This document shows, in pieces, positions 54,962 through 64,000 of a stretch of 64,000 nucleotides of DNA. Where the stretch lies: positions 7,740,213-7,804,212 of the forward strand of contig OZ234493.1 in NCBI GenBank assembly GCA_965153455.1. The letters run 5' to 3'. This stretch comes from Sphagnum compactum (taxonomy: Eukaryota). How positions within the stretch are numbered: position 1 is the stretch's first letter; each line of letters starts with the position of its first letter. The position numbers and the translations under genes were made by a program. The notes under the pieces were generated by a model. The model did no database searches. It had not been told where the DNA came from and was given only the letters and a program-made list of their open reading frames with translations.

Positions 54962-55848
54962 AGCGGTAAATATTAATCCAAGATATATTAAATTTGGAGT
55001 CAGAGAATCTGATTTAGTTTCACAGATTTAGTGTTACCACAGGACATGGACAATGTACAAAAGCAACTGAATACAAATTTGGATTTTGCAATGGTACCAG
55101 TGTAGGTGCTGCTGGTTCACTCAAGCCCTAAAGTTCAACCACCTGAACCCAAGAGTTACCTGTCCAAATCAACCCCAACACCCAGTCAAGAATCTTGGGC
55201 AAAGGATAAGAGATAAAGTGTGGAGCTATTGGGAACAACTTCAGGAACACACATGGAGCATTTTTGGGAACAATTTAGACCTGGTGAGAACATGCCATCT
55301 GAAAGTATTCTATATTGTCAGTCTCACCAGACCATAGATAGAAAGACTTCATTGGATCACAAAATTCTTTCCCCAAATTTCCACTCCTTCCAGAACAGAG
55401 AAATGAGAACTGCCACTATTCCCATGGATTGTACAAATTGATGGATCCTCATACAGACTAGAAAGTAAAGTGAAAACTTTTCTGGAACTTTAATTGAAGA
55501 GTTACATGACATTTTGCCTTTACAATTGCAGTTTCCAAAACTCTCCATTATGCTGTTCTGAGTAACATTCAGCAAAGGGTAGATCTAGTACTTCCCATGG
55601 CTGCAGCATGGCATCCATTTGTGTCTTATCCTTGACAACCTTGCCCCAACCTGCTGCCAAGAAGCCATCAGCACCTTAGATACAGCCAGTTTCAGCCTTG
55701 CGGCCGTACTCCCGTTTCATAAGATAAAAGGAATGCTGGACATGCTTTTGACCATTCTCTGTACCTTCATACACCGCACCTTTGAAGAGGTACAAAACAC
55801 CTTCCAAGTAGTGGGTGATACAACCTAGAGCACTTTACTACTGCTTTT

Positions 55849-58800
55849 CTATGATGATGTTGTGTGTTCTCCTGCTGGGTGAAGCTCGACATTGCGGAGA
55901 ACCACCCGTGCAAAGACCTTGGCTTGTAGAGGGGCTGTTGCTGAAGCAGCAATGGTGCGTAATACCCGCCCTGCTCCAGCTTTTTGCAGAAGGCTTATGT
56001 GATGCATTGCGTGCCGCCCTCCAGGCATGGTAAACTGCAATTGCCATGACCAAAAGATCAGGCTTGTAACAGGATTTGAAGAAAAAATTGACAAAGACTC
56101 AGTGACATATATACCAATTGCCAACAAAATAACTTGAGGTAAATAAAATAAAAAGTGTGTTTCCAACAGCAAATCAAAAGTACCTGCAGGAGGGCAAATG
56201 CAGCACAGGATCTAAGGACTGCAGCTTTGTTGCGGAGCATAGCTACAAACCTTCCAACTTCAGCTCCACTGCATACAGTACATATCTTTATGAGTATTCA
56301 AAGAATAATATCCATCCCCAAATTGACCTCAAAATCCACTATCAGTAGTTTGAAGAATCTGGTGCTTGACACTGATGGGTGCTAAGCAACTCTGTAACAT
56401 AGAGTGGACTATGTTGCCAGTATGTTGTCACAACCACTGGATCATAAAACAGTCCACAATTTCATTTTCTCCACATCTTTTGCTCTTAGTTAAACAGTCT
56501 CCACAAACAGGTGAAGGATAGATCAGTTAAAAAGACTCCATTCCTTTGAGCAGATTAAACATCAACAACACATCACAATTTCAGTGATCTTCCATCCATC
56601 TATGAGATGCATACCCAATGTTGGATATCTAGCAAAGGCTCTTCAATACCATAGGAAAGATATCTTCACCTGCAGCGGAGATGCCCTGCCTCTTGAATGC
56701 GGGCTGATTCAGCAACTTCCGTGAGAGCTGCTGGTGGCAACGAGGTAGTAGGGACAAACAGAGCTTGGTGGTTTGAAAATGCAAGTACACAAGCATCAAT
56801 GTTCCGAATAGCTAAGTGTCTTGCTGCTTCCAAGCCATCTACTCCCAGCCCAGGACTTTCACTAAACATTGGGCCAAAAGCAACCTCATCTGTCCTGTTT
56901 GAGTCATCCCAATATCAGATCAATAGCTTATTCAACAAGAAGTTCTCTTCAAAAGTTACAATTCAATTTGATCATTGCTATGACAGTAGCTGGAAATGAT
57001 AAAACAATCACACATAAAGTGAAGTTGTAACAGCTAAGTGACAAATGCAGATCACAATTCCATGTGCAACCCAGTGCAAACATGTTGGTAGAGACAAGAG
57101 AATCTTCCTGTGTAAATGAAGTGACTTTGTAACTGTTTCAGCAATTGATATAACCAACTGGAACTTCCTAAGGGTGTTATGATAACAGACTGGTCATCAA
57201 CTCACAATCACATGGAATTATGAGGGAAAAGAACAGGTGAAAGAACATTATGGACATCAGTGTTCTTAGGTACTAAAGAGGATGTCTATATGCACCTGCC
57301 ATCAAACATGTAAGCAAGAGCCAGAGCAGCCATGAAGCGAGCCATTTTAGACTGTGATGAGGAGCACAAATGCACCAATGCTGGCACCCCTTCCTCCTCC
57401 ACTATGAGCAATGCATTGCTGGGATTGAAGGCAAGATTCCACAGGGCTCCAGCAGCAGTCTCATGTACATCCTACAAACATAATGCATCATCAGGGCAAC
57501 CCTACCACTGCTCCTGTTCAGATCCTACAGAATGGAAAGCTACTGTAACATGTCAGCCAGGTACACATGCATCCCCCAAAAAAGTATTAGGAACTTTCTA
57601 TATTTACAAAAATTGTGAGACAGTCCGATACCAAGGATAATGTGATTCATGAACAAACAAAAAGGGACTGTAACAGCAAGCTGCAGGAGGAAGAGAACAA
57701 AACAGTAACCCCAAATCAGAAAACCAGATTCATGGCATGAACAATAGCAACAGTCTCTTGCAGTGACCATCAACAGAAACACATCTTCATAAGTACTGAG
57801 AACTTCTCCCTACTTACAATTCAAGTCAAACTGAATTGAATTGCATGATGATCTGATAATAAGATTGTCAAGATTTCAGCTCTGCCAACATATCAGCAAC
57901 AAGGCAACCCAACCCAAAGAACAGAAACCAATACATGGTTTAACAACAGCAACAGTCATACACATTTTCAAAGACATTCAAAAGCCACATCTACAGTATC
58001 AACCAGCTATCATAACATCCCCACTGACTTGATCAGCTCCTGGCAGTGGATCAAGGTCAATGTAATGTATTAAATACATACTTACCTTCTGCCACAAGAC
58101 TGGCAGTAAACTGCAGTTACAAGGAAACAAGCTCAACCATGGTAATGTCTAGCTCAAGAAAATCTGAAGACCAAAGAAACCAAAAAAAAAAACAGAAAAA
58201 CAACGAGAGAAAGGAAAAGAAAATTACCCAAACAGGAAAAGAAAAGAGAGAAACAGGATGGAGAGCTTGAAGAGTATGCCCTTCTGAGGACAAAGTGGAC
58301 ATTGAAAAGTTCTGTACTTTGGATTAAGAAGCCCTTGAAATAAGATATTTTTATGATTCCAAAGGATCCAAAGGAAGAAATTTTTTGAAGAAATTTGTCA
58401 TATCCCTCTTTCCAATCTTCAAAAGCTTTTCCTAAATTGATGCTTTGGATGAAGGAACAGATTCTGCAAGACTATTGATAGATTCTGCAAGCCCTAAATT
58501 TGAAAAATTAGTTTGCCCACTCAAGCAATAATCTTTATTCTTGATTAAGGAAATCAATGAAGCCCCAATATGGGGAGGGGTGCTCTGAAGCCATAGAGAA
58601 GCCTACAAGGCATTGCTTGCATGTAATCAGAAATCAGGCACTTACAGGAGGAACATGTAACAAAGTTTTTGAATGTCCTAAGACAGCATAGGGTTCAGTC
58701 CTTGACTGACAAAGCCATAGTAAAATATGGAAAGCTTGAAATCAAAGAAGAGATAAAATTGGATAGACAGAGGAATGCAAAAAATGTGGATCACTTTGAC

Positions 58801-61800
58801 AAAAACCCTAAATTTATAGGCAAGCTTAGCACAGAATGACTCTTGAAGGTGCTATGCATGGCATTCCAAGACACACAAGAGAACCTTACCTGCCATAGGA
58901 TTGCCATACAAGATAGGAGAGAATTGATACATAGGAGCAAGTTTAAACAAACAGCTAAAGAACCTTCCCAACACTTACAAAGACAGGCCTAGCTTTAGAA
59001 TAACTGCTTTGCAGGAGCTCAATCTCAACATTCTAAAGCTCACAAGAGAAATTTGCTCGACAGAACATCTCAAAGAAAATGGGACCCTGCATCAAAGAAG
59101 ACTAAATTCACTAATTCAAGTCATAAAGGCTCCTAAAAGAGAAAGAGACTAAGAGGGTTCACATCTCCTCTTTATCTAGAGGACAGAGAGCACAGAATGC
59201 CCACTAAAAAATGTGGAATAAAAAGGAGCGAAGGACACTGATCTGGAGTAACCAGAACCTTATTAGGATGGCATCTCAGAAGGCCAGACACAAAGAACAG
59301 ATGACAAAGAGGTGGCTGGAGGGCCTTCTGCCTTCAAAGATAGATCTTCAAGAACCCAGCTGGTCACTACTTGGATACCAAACATCTGCTAATGTGATTG
59401 GAAAACATTTTCTCATTAGTACTGGGAATTTCTCCATACTTACAGTGAATGTCAACCAGACTAGAATTGTGACGTGACCCAGTGATAAGGTTGTGGATAT
59501 TTCAGATCTGATGACATATCAGCAAACAGGAAACTTACCTCAAACTCAGACCTTGCCAATGCTATTAAAGGGGCAACTCCACCTCCACGACCAATTGCAA
59601 TGCTGGACGATCAAATCAAATATCAGACAGGATGCTACAAGTCCTTCTAAAATTGCTTCCCCATCTTAAATGCTGTCCTTATAGAATCGATTATCACTTC
59701 ATTACTACAGCCTTCTCCAAACAGATAAAGAAGCACCTAGCTACAAATATCTGCAGCCCAGCAGAGATTCTTCTGAGAAGTGATAGTAACAGTGAGTACC
59801 TATTCACTTCAGATACAGAGAGGCCCCAGAGAGCACCTGCAGCCCTTTCTTGCAGACCTTGTGATCCAGTACTGCAACTTTGGGCTAATGTTACCTGCAC
59901 AATTTAAATTTTGAAAAGATATCAAACATAATGAATGAACATGGGAGCTACCTCATCCCATCTGTGCAGTGGGTGCAAACTGAACTGAGACAATAACACT
60001 TAAGATGCATTGACTGTTGTGGCTACAATCTCAACACACATACATTTACACACCTCTTGGAAACACAAAGCAACTATATCCTCTGTCTGGGGGAAAACCC
60101 AACAATATGACTTGACCATAGAAGCTCACCAATGCCTCAACCCCACCTACAGCTGCAATAGCCTCACGGTTTCTGTCATCAAAAGAAAGATTCCACAAAG
60201 CTCCAGCTGCCTCTTGTCTGCCGCATCCAAACAAAAACAATGCTAAAATGAGAAAGCTCCTGAGTGTCAGATGAATATTTACTCTGGATGTACACATACA
60301 AGAGCAGCAACTCCAACCCATACTTTCAGGATCCTAGTCTTGCAAAAACCCCAATTCCAACGTTCAAGTATTCCTCCATGAGCATGGCATAAGAGCAACA
60401 ACAACTTTAAGAGAGATAATAGCAAAGAGATAGCAGAGAATCAAGTTTACCTGACTCCTTCATGATTTGAGGAAGTGAGGTGCACCAGAGCTTCAAGGGC
60501 ACCAGGTTCCTTGCCTACAGCAGCATTGTTACCATTGCTGTCACCATGTGCTGCAAGGTTAGCCAAGGCACGTGCAGCCTGCAACATACAGATCACTGAA
60601 ATGCTCAGTCGCAGTCTTACAGAACTTCCAGACACCAAGATCACCAAGACTAATACTTTGAAAAGCAAAGCAGGTTCCTCCCTTCACAAAAAATTGATGC
60701 AACACAACGTCATTCTATTGAATCACCACATGGACATGGTTCCAGTGCTCAGGAATCTATCTGAGCTTTCTCTGTGCATGCAGAGTTTTCTAACAACTGC
60801 ACATGAGATCAGAATGGACTTCTACCCACTATTAAGTGCTGTACACAACCCCTATAACCCTTTACCTCCGTAATCTTTATGCATTGATCAGAATGCAAGA
60901 GTACCTGTTCTTGTACCCCCTCATGATGGCAAAAGCGAGCGAGATTTACAAGAGCATGGACACCACCTGCAGAGGCAACCTCCATGCTGCACTTGTCATC
61001 TGCTGCCAAGTTTGCCAGTGCACCAGCTGCCCTCTCCTGCTACCCAAGTACATCACAAGAAGCACACCATCAGCCATTTGATGACTAGAAATAGATATGC
61101 ACAGGGAGATCAGACATACCAAAAACAAAAATGTAAACAAACCATCACATGTCCTGAACTCTCAGGCAAAATGTGTGAGACTTTAAACCATGCTAAAAGT
61201 TTGTGCATGGCCACAAGAGCAGCAAGAGTAGAGGCTAACATCAGGGACATCTAGACAAAGTGACACAGGCCAGTGTTCTTAGGTCATATCAATGGATGGA
61301 AACTGTGTCAACAAACAACCCATTAAAAGATGGAATAAAATGGTGATGAAGAGAACACAACAACTGTGAAGCACAAAGTTAACAGTCTCAGGAAAAAAGA
61401 GTCGAGGGCTCACCAGAACTCCCTCATTACCAGATGGCCATTTGAAAGCTAGATCCACCAGAGCCTCAATAGCACCTGCTCCAGCTATGGCACCCTACCA
61501 ATATGTAGTATATGTTGACAGTAATTAGCAACATCACCCAAAACTTCTTGGAAGGCCATAGAAAACAAAGAGAAACAGAAAGCCAGTTAAGTTGTAGGTG
61601 ACAAAAAAATATGCATCACTGCAGACAAAAATTGAGAACACACCTTATGGTCTTCCCCAACAGACAGGTTCCAAAGGCCGCCTGCTGCCTCTTCAGCAAC
61701 CCGGCGATTAGGAGATCTTGCTAGGGAGGCCAAAATGCTGATTCCCCCCTCCATTGCCACAGTCTTGGCAACATCTGCGTTTACTGACAAATTTGCTATA

Positions 61801-63554
61801 GCCTGCCAAAAAGCCAAAATTCACTATTATAAGATGTCCTAATCAGTTGCTCCCCCTGATGCAATGTGAAACCGCCTAGTGCAGAGACCCCTTGCATCTA
61901 CAACAACATATCAGCAATTGAGCATTCAGACTCACAGATGAAGTCTGCTAGATGTGCTGAACCCAAAGAGAGACATCCAATCCTGCCGTCACTACTAAGA
62001 GAGTGGACAACAACTTCTTAGTACTCATGAAGATGACAGAACCTATGCTCTGCCATGAATATCACATGGTCCTAACAAGAGCAAGTAGACCATCACAACA
62101 ATTGTCTCAAGTTGGTGTGAGGCCTTAATGTGTACCTTAGCAGCTTCGGACTGTACAGCTTCCTGACAAGACTTGGCAAGACGCAGGAGGTGTGTAATAC
62201 CACCTGCATGCAGAACTGCTTCTGCCCTTGCTGGATCAACACTCTCAGTCTCATCATCAATCACTACAAATGTGGCCAGTGCAGTTGCTGCCCGCTCTTG
62301 TACCTCCTCCTGCTGGCTTTGCAACAGGTTGAGCATCAGTGCTGTACCTCGATTTAGCCAGAAGACATCCAGACCCGAATTACTCTCTGCAGTCTTAACC
62401 AGGGCATGTGAAAGTACACATTCTGTCCAATCTGTGAGCTCCAAATGGCAGTCCTTGCAGACCAAAGAATCTGTGAGTTTCTTGCATTTCGGACTCCTCC
62501 CTGCATTGATGGAACTCAAAGAGGCAGGTTCCTTCTTAAAGTCTGTACATTGTGTGACCAAGACACTGGGATTAAGAAATGACTCAACTGCATCGTGTCC
62601 ATGTTCCAGGTGAGAGCAATTGACGGCACAGAACACTTTCAGTTTGGGTGCTGCCATGAGTTCTGCTGCAGTAACTGCAGTAATGTCAGTTCGTGAGACA
62701 TCAAGGCCAGTGAGATGAGGCAACTTAGGCCACATTTCTGCTGCCAAGCTCCAAGAGATGACCCTGGAGCCTGCAACAGAGAGAAACCTCAGGCTAGTTG
62801 CAGCAGCCAAAGCCACCTCATCCACATTAGTGCAATCGAAGAATGCTAAATCCATAAGATCTGGACAATGCTTTGCCAGGGCTCCGATGGTGGGGGCATC
62901 TACATCCCTAATGCCAGAGATCCGCAGGCGCTTCAGCTTTGGACAACATGTAGCTACTACTTTAATTGCATCATTGGTGATTCTTTCACAGTCTACGCCA
63001 AGCTGCAGCTGTAAACTTTCTAGAGCTTCATGTCGAGCGACCATCATGCAGAGGGAAGCGTCAGAAAGATCCCCACAACTATCGCCGCTGAGATCCCGTA
63101 ACCCTCTCGCCTGTAGACCAACAATAGCCGTAGCGGCAGCGCCGCCGCGGAACCTGAGACGTTGAAGCTTTGCACATCTGCTGGAGAGAGCGGCAGTCAT
63201 GTCCGAGTCCAACACATGAGCACGGATGTCCAGAGTGGTCCATAGCGAAGCGGATGCGGCAAGTGTACGCCAACCCCTGCAAACCGAAGCCAAACTTGCT
63301 CTATCCCTATGATTCAAAAGCGTAAACACTTTGAGCAGCGTATCATCAGGCAATCGAGTCCAGTCTGCCTCCTCCTCGTCCGTAGTAGAATGGCTGCTAT
63401 TTCTTCCGATGCCGGAGCTTGATTCTACTCCAAAACAGTTTCGTGAGGAAACAACGATCGCTTTCAACCGCTTCGGGGGAAAGCCGGAAAACCTTTCTTC
63501 ATGCCAATTGACCTCCTCATCTTCCGCAACTTTTCTCCGCCGTTTATGACACAT
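55849..63554 (-). CDS. ARABIDILLO: ARABIDILLO/PHYSCODILLO-type protein (NLS, F-box, LRRs, Armadillo repeats), 12 exons, ~945 aa
   Basis: Phase-consistent exons 62136-63554 (alternative ATG 63593), 61644-61802, 61414-61494, 60905-61036, 60451-60578, 60130-60217, 59800-59894, 59539-59602, 57296-57471, 56670-56894, 56184-56268, 55849-56034. Motifs: KRRRKV NLS, WTRLPDDT F-box, repeated AAGALWNL/AARALANL ARM units, ARIQEAGHLRCSGAE and FTMPGGRHA. Confidence 0.96.
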
Positions 63555-64000
63555 ATCATCAGCCACTCCCCCCGCCCACACTTGCCTCATCATGGAGCAA
63601 GAAAGAAATGCGTAGGTATCAACCAAGGCATCGACAACAGGCCCCGTCTCTATGGCAGCAAACAAAACTCTCACCACAACGTTCGGGAAGTAAGAATCAC
63701 ACTTCAAAATCCAAACTCACCACAACACAAATCGTCTACAACGGATTCCTCTCAAACCAAACCACGTTAGCAAAACTCTACACTCCAACAGCGGTGCACA
63801 CGCAAACACAACCGCTCCCTCCATCGCCACCATTCAAGAAAAAGAGAGATTCCTTCCCCACGCCACCAACGACTCACCTACCAAATCAAATGAGCGAAAA
63901 CACGCAAAATACCATCCGGATCCGTCACACACACCAGTTTCTCCAGACTCCAAAATGTGGAGTATCCTCTTCACACCCCAATTTTGTTTTCAGCGAGCGG

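Noticed and set aside
62130..63549. Several plus-strand ORFs overlapping ARABIDILLO exon 1 (similar cases over FBL4, SCPL and LEA)
   Set aside because: Antisense shadow frames of real coding exons.

Overview
Eukaryotic land-plant nuclear DNA with GT-AG introns and AT-rich, repeat-laden intergenic space. A moss (Sphagnum-like) origin is my inference only. Six intron-containing genes can be rebuilt by hand: the 3' part of an ATP-dependent phosphofructokinase (+), an F-box/kelch-type protein (+) with an in-frame upstream coding exon that the ORF track splits off, an FBL4-type F-box/LRR gene (-), a serine carboxypeptidase-like SCPL20-type gene (-), a LEA14/LEA_2 gene (-) and an ARABIDILLO/PHYSCODILLO F-box-Armadillo gene (-). 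The most structured non-coding features are: five Tourist/Harbinger-type MITE copies in 2.1 kb (one nested in another's TIR, two fused into a ~650-bp foldback), a probable ~1-kb solo LTR with a young 7 x 79-bp telomere-motif array upstream of the SCPL gene, a 140-bp CACTA-type foldback, a Mutator-like MITE, a 5 x 32-bp array upstream of LEA, and a decayed Gypsy integrase. I found no CRISPR, rRNA or tRNA, and I cannot claim a wholly new biological system; the best leads are listed as findings.
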